From the NCBI GenBank assembly GCA_023645945.1, contig JALAIB010000008.1, positions 1 to 54,306 of the forward strand: 54,306 nucleotides of DNA. Direction: 5' to 3'. The position numbers and the translations under genes were made by a program. The notes beneath the pieces are model-generated. The model did not search any database and was not told where the DNA came from. It saw only the letters and a list, made by a program, of their open reading frames with translations. Below are positions 1-11,786 of the stretch, one piece after another; position 1 is the stretch's first letter; each line of letters starts with the position of its first letter. This DNA comes from Diploschistes diacapsis (lineage: Eukaryota).

Positions 1-332
1 AAAAAGGCCGAAGAACGGGGTAGTGTAGTTGAAAACAGATTTAGCTTCGTACAAATATGGAAGCGCTCGATCTAGCGCAATTACATTATAATGTAGTGTT
101 CCGCTTCGTGGGGTGTTCCGTTTCATGGGGAAACACGTTATCTAAGTTACCACACCATTCACATGTTTCTCCACTTGGGTACCTCGTTCTTCCTCCAGCG
201 CCCACTTCTTCCTACCGGTTGCTTACTAGTATTGAAAGAAACCCAACCTGAGTCGTTGAGCAAAATGTCGCGATGAAACGCACATATGCGCCTTCAGAGC
301 TAGCTAGTCTTCCTGACCAGGACACCCCTTAG

Positions 333-3300
333 ATGGGCATGTCGTTCCCCCCAAATAAAATTAATCGATCATCATATTACTCCGAGTCGGGCCCTTCGTC
401 TTCAAAGCAAAGCAAGCGGAACGATAATGCGAGTTATCCACCGGGCGAGAACGAGCCTCATCTGAGCGACCAAGACTTTTCACATTATGACCCTCGGGTA
501 GCCGAAACTGGAGAGTCTACAAGTTATGGCCCACATCGAAGTACAGCTGATGAAAGCCACAGAAGACGACGGTACCAGTCAGATCAATCGGGCGGGTTCC
601 TGTTGAATACCATAGGGTTGCGTCTCAGTCACGGAGTGGGGCCGCAGCCTAGAAACATTACAGGTTGTGCTAGGAGGAGCTACACTCGAAATGCGGACCA
701 TGCTCAGGGGAAAGCAGATAGTCTCGAAGGAGATGGGAGCTCGAGCAGGAAAGGGAAAGCCAAAGCGAAAGAGACCATTGGCAGGTCACCTCTGGGGATT
801 GAAGTCATGAGTCCCGAGGATCCGGCGGATGGGTACAACACGAGTGATACGGCTGATCGAACAGCAACGAGCGGGCTGCAATCAAGAAGACAAGGCACAT
901 TTCAAAGGGCCCCTTTGGTTTTCGGTGCAGATCAGGCGCAAATTGTGAGTCTCGCCTTGAATCTGAGTGAAAATCGCCGAAGGCAATTCTCTACTGGTCG
1001 ATTTTCGCCAGGTCCGAATGGTAGTCTACGCGCTGTTTCCTCCGGAGCATTGTCTCCAATTGCTTCGACAAAGCCCACAATTGAAGAGAGTCTTCGACAA
1101 CGGATAAAACAAGAACGATTGGCATTGGGGAACTCGTCCCACACTTATGAAAAATCAGTAGCATCTGAAAGTCCTCGTGATTTCCTTGGAACTCGAGATG
1201 AATCGAGCAGTGACGGAAGCTCGTTACTTAAGCTACTTCCAGTGGGCTTTGGCTCTACCAAATCAGGCAGCTTCTATCCCTCCGAAGCCACATTGCTCCG
1301 TGTTGAGAAGGCCAAAACCGCACTCGAGCTGTCTTACGAGTATCGAAGGTTACTCCAATTTCTTCCAAAGCCGCCCGCTCCCCAAGACGAGCGGCCGCCG
1401 ACGGCAAAATTCTCGGGGACACAGCCTCCTGAGACCTTCATAGTGTACGGTAGGCCTTACAACCCTCTGCAGTATGTCCGAAACCGAAAGCTTCGTGGAA
1501 GGGAAAGAAACCTTCTCAATACTGAGGCTGAGGGTTGGAAGGACGTTGACGCTGTTAGGGACTGGGTAGATAGTGTTGCGGATCAGCAGCGAAGACGTTC
1601 ATCAAGTTCCGCTGGTGACTTCATGTTGCCTCCTTGCCCGGCTGTCTTGCGATTTTCTACCTCAAGTACACATTGTCCCGGAGCCAATCTTCGTGTCTCA
1701 GGGGTGGGCTCGACGGCAAGAGAATTGCGACCTCGGATTGATTGGATGATGACACCATGGGACATGCTAGCTGATGCGTATTGGTTGGAACAAGCCGGTA
1801 ATAAAGTTCTCATAGAGGATCACAAAGGCCGAAGAGTCTATAGCTCTCATGAAGCGAAGGCAATGACCTTTACCGGAGGTCACCAAGATATTCAACATCC
1901 ACTTTCACGACGATCCTTAAGTCTATCAAGATCAATAAAGTCTATCGACCACACCAGAAAGCCAGGTGTCGCTGCAGGTGAAAAGCCTACCATCGAAAGA
2001 GGTCGACCAAGACACCAACGGCTTGACTCTTTTACAAGCCTTCGGGACTACAGCAGCTCCCAAGACCGTCGGCATAAGTGGCGTCCACAACTTATGCGTT
2101 CTCGAAGCCCATCAAGCTCTGAGGAATCCGGCGCTCCTGCGGAGCAACAAGGTTTCAAATATATGAACTCAGCCAAAAAGAACCGCGATAGACGTGATAA
2201 ACTCATCCTCGAGAAGCAAGTTATGAGGCTGATAGCCAAAGAAGCTGAAGCTGCGCGTCACACCTCAGACGAGGAAGACGAGGACGAAGGCCTGAAAGTT
2301 CTTCAGTCACGCGATAGCGAGAAGCTTCACGAGAACCAAGCGTCTGTTCTACCACAAGATAGACATAGAGCACATATACGACCAACGACCCCCCCTGAGC
2401 GGATAGCATTAAACCATGAAGATAATGGCATGCGAGATAGAGGTACTTCGCCTGCTCCGAAAGAGGTGTCTGCGACCAGGCTTCGTAGAGGGGAAGTTGC
2501 TATCAACATCTCCCCTCCGGGGAGTCAGCCAAGAAGACGGTCCAACCTGTCAAATTCGTCGTCAGCCGAGCCCTTCGCAGCATCAGAGGAAGCACGATGG
2601 ACTCGTAGTGCGCAGGGTCCCTTGGTCAAGGCATATCAGACCTCAGCACCGAACCTATCTTCCGTCGACAACTTGGCTGCTCTGTCGCCAAGGACGGATT
2701 CGTCCATGGGACATCTATCTCCGCAATCTGCGGGATCTTTCCATCGACTAAGGAAACCTGGATCTGGTATCAAACATACAAGAAGCAAGGAGTCGAAGGA
2801 TTTCGAGTCAAGGTTAAAGGGACTTTTGAAGGGTACCAAGATTGCCGACTTCGTTAGCCATCCAGTGGCTAAAGTAGGTAATTTCATCTGGAAGAACGAT
2901 ATTAGTGATGGCGATGTGTTTTCTTCATCTGCATCCTATACGCCTAATGCTTCCGATCACGATGAGAGTGTGCAAAAGGAGACAGCGCAATCGGCACAGC
3001 CCAGCCTCGCAAATAATCCCGCAAACGGATCAGGGTCCCGCCCTGACCTTCCAGTGTTCAGGTCCCCCTTCAGGGGCAAGGAAAATGGTAGACAGCATGC
3101 TGAGAACGTTAGTTTGCAGTCTAGTCCAGAGCTAAGAGAGGGCCGCGAACCAGATCGCTTCGCTCAGAATGCTCCACCTCCTCTTGACTTGGGATCTATC
3201 TTTCCTTCTCCTGTGGGATCATGTGTACCATCGGCCGAAACTTCCGACAAGAGCCGCTCGATTGATAGGGGTAGGCTGTCTAGCTTTAAGAGAGATCAGA

Positions 3301-4091
3301 GCCCTGAGGGTAAGCCAACTCAGAGGAGGGGTGCTATCGCCAACAATCTCTCCGATCCCCCACGCCATGAGAAAACATTCTACAAAACAGCGATCGAACC
3401 GAAAAATGATGAGAACACAGCGTGGCCGGTTCATGATCCTTTGTATTACATATACGTTACTGAGCGTCTGCTGTCGCCTCTCGAAAGAACCATAACGGAT
3501 AAGGATTACTATGTTCTTCGCGCGCTAAACGAGTCCGCGGCTACTGTCTCAAGCATAATTACACAGCAAGTCCTTGAAGTGCGAAACTTTGCCTCGGATC
3601 CTGCTGCGCCATGCGTGCTCGCTCTTGGAAAAGGGAGGGGTCCTAATGCTAATGCTCAAGCGAAGCTCCTCCAGGCACAAGCCACAATAATCAATATTCG
3701 CTCCAAGGGCGAGGCAATGACCAGCGCAGCCACGATGTTTACGAGCGAAATTATGCCCCCCATCGTCGAGCGTATCAACTCTCTGGAGCATAAGATCTCT
3801 GCCGAGCTCACGCCCCTCGTTCGGAATTCTGGCAGCGACGCAGACCAGCTCAGCTCGGAGCTGGCGACTACGCGGACCCTGGAGCTCAGGCGGCTTAACG
3901 ACAAGATCGATCTTTTCGCTCGGCGAAAGCGGCGGCGCTTTAGGTGGCTTCGGCGTGGCGTCTATCTGTTGCTGGAGTGGACGCTGCTGGGCATGATGTG
4001 GTGGGCATGGCTAATCGTGGTTGTATTCAAGATCCTAAGGGGCAGCGTCAGGGGCTTTGTTGCTTCTTTGAGGTGGTTGTTTTGGCTATAG
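333..4091 (+). CDS. Conserved fungal protein, probably MTC4 (maintenance of telomere capping 4) family; largely disordered, with a C-terminal coiled coil and TM segment
   Basis: 1252-aa uninterrupted ORF. Conserved block GRPYNPLQYVRNRKLR. The C-terminus has a basic run RRKRRRFRWLRR followed by hydrophobic YLLLEWTLLGMMWWAWLIVVVF. Family recalled from the motif. Confidence 0.7.
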   Translation: MGMSFPPNKINRSSYYSESGPSSSKQSKRNDNASYPPGENEPHLSDQDFSHYDPRVAETGESTSYGPHRSTADESHRRRRYQSDQSGGFLLNTIGLRLSHGVGPQPRNITGCARRSYTRNADHAQGKADSLEGDGSSSRKGKAKAKETIGRSPLGIEVMSPEDPADGYNTSDTADRTATSGLQSRRQGTFQRAPLVFGADQAQIVSLALNLSENRRRQFSTGRFSPGPNGSLRAVSSGALSPIASTKPTIEESLRQRIKQERLALGNSSHTYEKSVASESPRDFLGTRDESSSDGSSLLKLLPVGFGSTKSGSFYPSEATLLRVEKAKTALELSYEYRRLLQFLPKPPAPQDERPPTAKFSGTQPPETFIVYGRPYNPLQYVRNRKLRGRERNLLNTEAEGWKDVDAVRDWVDSVADQQRRRSSSSAGDFMLPPCPAVLRFSTSSTHCPGANLRVSGVGSTARELRPRIDWMMTPWDMLADAYWLEQAGNKVLIEDHKGRRVYSSHEAKAMTFTGGHQDIQHPLSRRSLSLSRSIKSIDHTRKPGVAAGEKPTIERGRPRHQRLDSFTSLRDYSSSQDRRHKWRPQLMRSRSPSSSEESGAPAEQQGFKYMNSAKKNRDRRDKLILEKQVMRLIAKEAEAARHTSDEEDEDEGLKVLQSRDSEKLHENQASVLPQDRHRAHIRPTTPPERIALNHEDNGMRDRGTSPAPKEVSATRLRRGEVAINISPPGSQPRRRSNLSNSSSAEPFAASEEARWTRSAQGPLVKAYQTSAPNLSSVDNLAALSPRTDSSMGHLSPQSAGSFHRLRKPGSGIKHTRSKESKDFESRLKGLLKGTKIADFVSHPVAKVGNFIWKNDISDGDVFSSSASYTPNASDHDESVQKETAQSAQPSLANNPANGSGSRPDLPVFRSPFRGKENGRQHAENVSLQSSPELREGREPDRFAQNAPPPLDLGSIFPSPVGSCVPSAETSDKSRSIDRGRLSSFKRDQSPEGKPTQRRGAIANNLSDPPRHEKTFYKTAIEPKNDENTAWPVHDPLYYIYVTERLLSPLERTITDKDYYVLRALNESAATVSSIITQQVLEVRNFASDPAAPCVLALGKGRGPNANAQAKLLQAQATIINIRSKGEAMTSAATMFTSEIMPPIVERINSLEHKISAELTPLVRNSGSDADQLSSELATTRTLELRRLNDKIDLFARRKRRRFRWLRRGVYLLLEWTLLGMMWWAWLIVVVFKILRGSVRGFVASLRWLFWL

Positions 4092-4728
4092 GGCATTTTA
4101 TTGCATGAAAGAATTACTGGTCGCGTTTTAGCGTGCATTGCATTTGGAATTGAACTGGATTGTTCCGGCCACACAGGCTGGCAGGCTGGGAAGGTAGGAT
4201 GGTATACGTTGGTGTGGCTTTACACTGTATCATATCTATGCTGCTGTATGTTTACTTTTACCGTCAGCTACCATAATTGGCGGTATCATTGCATCTTCAT
4301 GATCCATCCAGGCAATTTGCGTGCCAGAATGCTGCTTATACGCACTCCGACATAGCTATCAGCCTAGACCTGAATCGCGCAGAGTGATGAGGCAGGCGTT
4401 GATTATAGAACGGTTGCAAAACAGTTGTCAATTTGAATCATAGAACAAATTAAGCGTCAATTCAAGCTTCTGATACTCAGGCTGTACGGTAAAGAGTTGA
4501 AGAGCTTCTCGATATCTACATGTAGCCCGGGAGTTTCACGGAAACATTCTGTTACTTTGTATGTCCAAATTATTTCTTTTTTCTTTGGGTACACTTTTTT
4601 GCTATTGAACTAAAGTGAAGCTACGCAGCGATACTACCCTTGTACCAGTATATCGGATTCTAATCGGCTAGCTGCTGGGCCGGGTTCTATTGTCAGCCTG
4701 TTGCTCACTTCTCAGGAACAAGATCACG

Positions 4729-5456
4729 ATGCTAGGCTGGTAAGTAAAGATGTAGATCTTGCATGAACCCTGACTGCTGGAGGCTAATAAAGGGTCATAC
4801 AGGTATCGTACGCAATTGACGCGGCGGCCGTTCCTTACGCAATGTGTTACGACTGCTGTGAGCTTCATACTTCGGTAGATTTGTCCCATATCTAACACGT
4901 CCAAGTTTCTCTTCGGTACAGGAGATGTCATGGCGCAACAGTTTGTTGAACGCGTGGGCGTGAGGAAACACAACTATGCACGTACAGGACGGATGGTGGG
5001 CTACGGTGGCCGTGAGTCCCTCATGCTCTCCCATGTCCCTCATACTCTTGCTGACCTTGCTCCGCAGTGGTCTTCGGCCCAGCCGCGACTCAATGGTATA
5101 AACTCTTAACGAAGATCAAGTTTGAAAGTGCGACTACCACCACTATCGTGCGCGTGCTCGCGGATCAGTCCATCTTCGCGAGCCTCAACCTGGGCTTCTT
5201 TCTCAGCAGCATGGCATACCTCGAAGGTGCGAGCCCGAAGAAGAGATTGGAAGACAAGTATGTGCAGGCGCTAGAAAAGAACTGGCTGCTGTGGCCGCCA
5301 GTGCAGACGATAAACTTCACATTGGTGCCGCTGGAGCACCGGGTGCTTGTGGTCAACGTGGTGAGCTTGGGGTGGAACTGCTACCTCAGCTGGGTAAATA
5401 ATCAGGGCGGGATCGAGGAGAGCGTGGTGGAAGAAGTTAAGCAGAAAGTAGCTTGA
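4729..5456 (+). CDS. SYM1: Mpv17/PMP22 family mitochondrial inner-membrane protein (4 exons)
   Basis: Hand-spliced with introns at ~4740-4803, ~4858-4905 and ~5012-5067: MLGWYRTQLTRRPFLTQCVTTA-FLFGTGDVMAQQ...RTGRMVGYGG...VLADQSIFA...NWLLWPPVQTINFTLVPLEHRVLVVNVVSLGWNCYLS. These are the typical Mpv17 motifs. Confidence 0.92.
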
Positions 5457-6033
5457 TCTTGATACCCAAGTCATTTGAGGAACATGTTCAACAGGCGTCT
5501 TATAGGTGATTCGGTCTATTTTACTGTTATACCCTTCTCTGCGGATACTGAAGCGGCGCTTCACTTCTAGTTCAATGTATGTTGCTTGAGTCTATGGAAG
5601 CTCCTCCAAAAGATTGCTGGTAGATTCAGAGAACTTGATTCTTGGTATTGTACGTACTCACTGGAGAACTTCTTCTGCAGCCAGGGAAGGTGGGATGTCG
5701 GTTGAAATGTGCAACAGGAAGTGGCGGGCAACTTCCCCGACACAGCGAGCAATTGCAAACCAACAACTACTTCATAAGATTAACCTCCCCTCAGCTCATC
5801 TTCCTAATCTTCTTTCAAACTGTCCTTACTATTCTGTTTGGTTTGCCCGGCGCAGCATCACTTCTGTAACTTCGTGCACGACTTCCGTCGGCACCGCTTG
5901 TTCAAATTATTCTCCAAAACTTTCCCACCAAAACTCTTAGTTTACTCTAGATATCACAACTATAAACATCCACTTCATACCCCAGTCGGAGCATTGAATA
6001 CTTCTACGTATTTTTCAGTTTTTGATCAACAAT

Positions 6034-6973
6034 ATGACGACTCTAGCTACTCCGGCTGCTGCAGCTCACAACCCCTCCTCTCCGGTCCCTCTTGACACAA
6101 TTCCCATCTCACCTGTAGGAGAGGACGGCGGAGAAAAGGGCGAGTCGAACGGTACCGCAAAGAAAGAATACAAAGAAGGAGAGGAGATTACAGTTTTTCA
6201 TGATCCGGAAAATTTCAATGTCAAGCACCCTCTCATGAATCACTGGACTCTGTGGTTTACCAAGCCACCGAGTGGGAAGGTCAGAGAAGAAGACTTGATG
6301 ACCTAGAATGCATACTGACTAGTACAAAGGGCGACAACTGGACCGATCTTCTCAAAGAAGTCGTCACGTTTGATTCCGTCGAAGAGTTCTGGGGCGTTTA
6401 CGTAAGTCTGCTTTCACAATCTCCTTCGTGGCCAATAGGAGCTTGAAGAGTACCTCAGCTGATACTAACTGCTCGCTCTCGCAGAACAACATCACACCCA
6501 CCTCTGAACTAGCCGTCAAGTCCGACTACCACCTCTTTAAGAAAGGCGTGCGGCCGGAATGGGAGGACCCACAGAACAAGCACGGCGGCAAGTGGTCCTA
6601 CTCGTTCAGAGAGAAGCGCACCGTACCTATCGATGACCTATGGCTCTTCGTTATGCTCGCCGCCATCGGTGAGACCTTGGAGAGCCAAGGCGACGGCGAG
6701 GTCATGGGCGTCGTTGTCAACGTCCGCAAGGGCTTTTACCGTATCGGTGTCTGGACCAAGACGGTGGGCAAGAGCATTCCTAGCGGCGGCGACGGAGACG
6801 TTGCGGGCGGTAAGGGAAGGAATGCCGAAAAGAGCAAGAACGTTTTGATGGGGATCGGAGCCCGGTTCAAGGAGGTGCTGAAGATTGAGGGGAACGAGGT
6901 TGTGGAGTTCAGTGGACACACCGAGAGCGCAAATGCCGGCAGTACAAGGGCAAAGGCCAAGTTTGTTGTGTGA
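6034..6973 (+). CDS. TIF45: Translation initiation factor eIF4E (cap-binding), 3 exons
   Basis: KHPLMNHWTLWF, VTFDSVEEFWGVY, DYHLFKKGVRPEWEDPQNKHGGKW, GVVVNVRKGFYRIGVW. Introns at 6280-6329 and 6402-6484. Confidence 0.95.
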
Positions 6974-7622
6974 GACCTTTTGTGGGCCATTTATACAATG
7001 GTTACTCGGTGCTCAACTCCAGCTCAGGTTTCAGCAACAGTCTGGGACTGGAGGGATTGCTATCGACATGAAATTCGACGATGACGTGCGCAAGCGATCA
7101 GGTGGAAAATTATAGCTGCATGATATCCGTTAGCGATATTGAAGGTAGCTTTGCGGCAGGAGCCCGAGAGCCCTACTTGCTACATGCTTTGATCATGGCT
7201 TTGGTATAGTATACCCTTTGACTATTTATTGAGCTATCAGTGACAGGACAAAATTCAAGATATGACATGTTAGCTGGTTGACTCCGATAGCCAACCAAGT
7301 GTGCGTGGCTTGATGAGGTGACAAGGTTTGTTTCCTCAACCATGCAGTGGCTCGTTCAGGGTCAATAAAAGATAAGCAGGACTCAGCTGGGATCTGCTAG
7401 AGCAATGAGGTACACGCATATTCGACATGTATAAGATGTAGAATGCGTATTTCTCCACCAACTTCTTGCGGCCCACCCAAATGTAGCTCCTTCCCTCCCT
7501 CTCTATGCGGCCCCCCCCCCTTCCTTTAAAAGACGTAACTTACACGTCCTCCCCAACTCCCCTCAGCGAAACCACCAAATCTGCACCGCCATCCCTCCCT
7601 TCCTTTATTACCGCCCATCAAA

Positions 7623-9654
7623 TCAACCCGTCTTCCCCTCCCCCCAGACATCCTTAATAAGGCTCTTCTTATTAATCTTCCCCATCGCATTCCTCGGCAG
7701 TCCCCCCTCGAGCACCTTGAGCTCCTGCGGGATCTTGTAGTTGACCAGCCGGTCCTTCAGCGCGCGCCGCATGTCCAACACGCCCCACTGCTTCTTGCCG
7801 GGCTTGGACGCGGACGCTCCATCTGGGGCGGGCGAGGAAGGAGGCGAGGGCTTGAGGACGACGACGGCGGCGACTTTCTGGCCCCACTGGTCGCTTGGCA
7901 GACCGACGACGGCGGCTTCGGAGATCTGGGGGCTAAGATGGGGGAGCATGGGTCAGTTACGGCTGCGAAGAAAGCGAGAGTTGGGGGAAGGAGGAGAGGA
8001 GAAGGCGAAAGGCATGATGGCGTACAGAGACAGCAGTTCTCGCTCCACCTCCAGGGCGCTGACCTTCTCGCCGCCCGTCTTGATGATGTCCACGCTCGCC
8101 CTGCCCCTGATGAAATACATCGGCCCCTTTGCCCATTCCTGCCCGCTCTGCCCCGCTCCCTCCACCGTCTTTCTGCACGCGACGTCGCCCGTCTTGAACC
8201 ACGTCCCCCCTCCGTCCTGCCCCTCCACAAACTCCCCCGCCGTGGCCTTCGCGTTCTTCCAATACTCCCTGAAGATTGTCGGCCCGCGCAGCTGGATCTC
8301 GCCCTCGCGCTCCTTGCCCGCCGAATCAACCTCCTCCTCGACGGGGATGACCTCGTGCGTGTCCGGATCCACGAGCCGCGCTTCGACGCCGGGCAGAGGC
8401 CACCCCACGCTCCCATCGATTCGGTCCCGCTCCTCCAGGCCGCAGGAGAGCGCCATGCCGACTTCCGTCATGCCGTAGCGCTCCAGTAGGATGTTGCCGC
8501 CGCTGAGCTCCGTCCAGGCTGATTTCGTTGGGGTGGGGAGAGCGGCCGAGCCCGAGATGTTGAGACGGAGGTTGGAGGGGGAGATTCCGGTTCTGGCGGC
8601 GGCTTGGGTCTCGGAATCGAGGGAGGAGAATGTGGAGAGGAGACGGTTGTAGATTGTTGGGACGACGGTGAAGAAGGTGATTGGCTCCTTTTTGGGCGAT
8701 TGGTTGGAGGAAAGGAAGGGGGAGGCGAGGCGCTCCCAGACCGAGGTGGCATTGAAGGGGAACATGAATTCGATGGTCGAGCTAGAGAAAAGGGGGGTGA
8801 GAAGGGCGTTCACGGTCCCGTGGATATGGTGCAGGGGGAGGACGTGCAGGAGGTGGTCTGATGGGGCGTAGTTCCAGGCTCGCTTGAGGGAGAGGGCCTG
8901 CGCGGTCAGGGCGGATTCAGGCAGGAGGACTCCTTTCTAGAGCATATTAGCTTTTGACCCTGTGCAGAGAGCCTGATGCATCTCACGGGCCTATTGGTGG
9001 TTCCGGAAGTGTAGAGCATCATGCCAGCATTGCTGCCCGAAACCGCTTCAAGGGTCGGACTGGACGTCTCTGTGCTGCCCTCGATCCGCTTTTCAAGGAC
9101 GCTCAGAATCGGCGATGTCTCAACTCCCTCCTTCAGGATCTCTTCGGCCTTGGACTTGAACTTTGCAGACGCTAGAAGAGCCATGGCTTCACTGTTGTTC
9201 AGGATGTAACGCAGCTCCGAGGCAGGGAAGCTTGGGGCCAATGGCAGCGCAATCGCATCACTGCCCATGATAGCAAGCAAAGTCACTGATTCGAATGAGT
9301 TTTTTTGGCTTCTAACGACTTGACTCGCTCTTTCGCACCTACATAGTCGTAGCTATTTTCTACCAGATAAGCTATTCGCTGACCGCTGAGATCAGCGCCC
9401 GAGGCAGCCGCCTGGAGCTTCTTTCTTGCGTCGGCAACATCATGCAAAAGCTCCCCATACGTGAATCTCCTTCCGGAAGCAGAATGTATTACGGCGGAAT
9501 GCTTCGGATCATGCGCCGCTATAGCTTCGAATATCGGTAGACGCGGTAGCGTGGCCATGCTTGCTCGACCCAATTGAATTGCTTGCAGGTGGGATACTCT
9601 TGGCCGTGACAATCTCAGAGGAGTGATTGATCGTGCAAGGGGTCTTGCAAACAT
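7623..9654 (-). CDS. Acyl-CoA synthetase of the malonyl-CoA synthetase (ACSF3/MatB-like) type, with a probable mitochondrial presequence; 4 exons
   Basis: AMP-binding motif YTSGTTNRPKGV (spans an intron), HVLPLHHIHG, ERYGMTE (malonyl-CoA synthetase signature), WFKTGD, RGRASVDIIKTGGEKV, LPRNAMGKINKK. The N-terminus MFARPLARSITPLRLSRPR is Arg-rich and acid-free. Confidence 0.88.
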
Positions 9655-9992
9655 GGCGATTTGTCCCCTCTGGAGATATGCATGGCGTAAAGATCGACTT
9701 TTAACTTGATGTCCGCATTGCCGCATCGACATGCAGCTTCTCAGGAACCGACGTCATCGTCATAAAAGATCGACAGCTCTGCATGCGGTTCTATCGCCTG
9801 TTGACTTATCATGATATTCTAAGCATCTATGCATCGCACCAAATCTATGTTAATCTCTATCTGACTTTGCAAACTCAATTAGTCTCAGACCGGTCGCAGG
9901 AAACCTTTCTCAGAGACGCATGATGACCTGCAGCAAAACCTATTACCACTGTACCTGAGCCGTAGTCTAGAATACAACAATCCAGGCAAGGC

Positions 9993-10451
9993 ATGTTTCG
10001 GCGCTTTGCACCACTCTCACTTGCCAGAAGATTCTCCATGGCGTCGGATACTCCTATCGAAAATGCGATTCGTGCAAAGGTCTGCTTGCCCAGCCGTCAC
10101 TATTGCTCGTATTCTACTTGCTTACATTCCCTGTAGTTAACCGAAGCTTTAAATCCCACCACGTTAGAAGTTTATAATGACTCGCACCTACACGCCCACC
10201 ACCGGGCCATGCAAGGCAGCACATCGAGAGAGACCCATTTCCGCGTGGTCATAACGTCAAATGAATTCAAGTCCAAGATGCAGCCAACCAGGCATCGCAT
10301 GGTCTATGGCTTACTTAAGGATGAATTGCAAATGGCGGGTGGAATTCATGCTTTGCAATTGAAGACTCGAACATTCGAGGAGGAAAAGCGCCAGCTGGCT
10401 CGGGAAGGGTTGCAGGACGGGCAAACGACGCCTGAGATCCGGGGTCTTTAG
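9993..10451 (+). CDS. BolA-family protein (Bol1/Uvi31-like), 2 exons
   Basis: Spliced at intron 10080-10136: MFRRFAPLSLARRFSMASDTPIENAIRAK-LTEALNPTTLEVYNDSHLHAHH...ETHFRVVITS...RHRMVYGLL...GGIHALQLKTRT. Confidence 0.92.
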
Positions 10452-10842
10452 GGAAGAATTGCGCTAGCGAAAGGGGAATAGTACAAGGTGAGGTCAAGCA
10501 CAGGCCGAGGGATGAATGGGGTTCACGTAGCCCAGACTTACAGGATACGGCCTCACCAAACTCCACCGGCCCTCAATAAAACCACTAGCAAGAATCCGCA
10601 AAAGTTGACCTGATCTGACTGCCTTTTGCAAGCCAGGCAAAGTCAAAAAACAGTAGACTGAGGATGGTACCTAGCGGTCAAGGCATGGCAGGGGACCAAT
10701 TTCGGAGCAGTTAGGAATGGTTTGGGAAATAGTTGTCGATTTCAAACTCTGTAAGCTGGACCCCAGATTCTAGCTACAGTATTGCAAGATCCGTTCAGTC
10801 ATGCACTCAAACACCGTCCCTAGCGTCGTAGGCTCACAGAAT

Positions 10843-11786
10843 CTAATACCTCTTACCCTCACGTAGAGTGTCGCCGTACTCTTCGAGCGGACTCCTGTGG
10901 AGCTTCGTTTCCTTCCATAGGTTAGGTGTGAGGAAACCGTAAGTGTTGCCGACTGCGGTGAAAGTGGCCTTGAGCGTGTTTTCAAGCGTTTTGGTGGAAC
11001 CGGCGGAGGAAGTGTAGGCATCTTGGACACCAGCAAGCTGTAGCAGACGCTTGACAGCAGGCGAAGCGACAAGGCCGGTACCACGAGGAGCAGGGATGAG
11101 CTAATATTAATGTCAAGCTGGATTTTCACTCTCATCAAGGGCAAAAACTTACACGAACTGTGACTGAACCGCACTTTCCGCTTTCCTTAGTGGGTAGCGA
11201 GTGAGGCTCACCAAGATTGGCACCCCAGTATCCACGACGGATCGGTAGGACGCTGAGCTTGGCGATGATGATGGCAGCACGGATAGCAGTTGCGACTTCT
11301 TTCGACGTCTTGATACCCAGGCCGACATGTCCTTCCGAGTCGCCAATGACGACGATGGCCTTGAATCGAGTGCGCTGACCGGCACGAGTTTGTTTCTGGA
11401 CTGGCTTGATCTGCAGGGTAGGAATGGTCAGATTGCTGTCTTTTGTAACGAGATAAAATGCCGCGTAGAGTAGGTGAACCAACCTTCATTACTTCGTCCT
11501 TGAGCTTTGGTAGGAACCAGTCCACGATCTGGTATTCCTTGATCGGCAGCGAGTGCAGATAGATTTCTTCCATGCTCTTGATCTTGCCGGCCTTGACGAG
11601 ACGACCGAGCTTTGTTACGGGTTGCCATTCTTTCTCTTCGCTCTTGCCGCCAGGTCCACGACGGCCTCCACGACCACGACCTCCGCGGCCTCCTCTTCCG
11701 CCACGATCACCGCGGGATCCAAATCCACCACCACGTCCCCCACCTCCTCTGGCGCCTCCGGCTCCTCCTCTCGCTGCGTCAGCCAT
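10843..11786 (-). CDS. RPS2: 40S ribosomal protein S2 (uS5), 3 exons
   Basis: RGG-rich N-terminus, [40 protein letters not shown], ending [16 protein letters not shown]. Confidence 0.97.

Noticed and set aside
7741..8489. Overlapping 183-245-aa ORFs inside the acyl-CoA synthetase
   Set aside because: They are artefacts of high GC. The real frame carries the ANL-family motifs.
7623..9654. Malonyl-CoA synthetase as a member of the PKS cluster
   Set aside because: It lies 16 kb away, is separated by core housekeeping genes and carries a mitochondrial-type leader.
9919..9960. ATGATGA...CTGA box C/D-like pair
   Set aside because: Only ~40 nt long and inside the BolA promoter/5' UTR; too short for a snoRNA.
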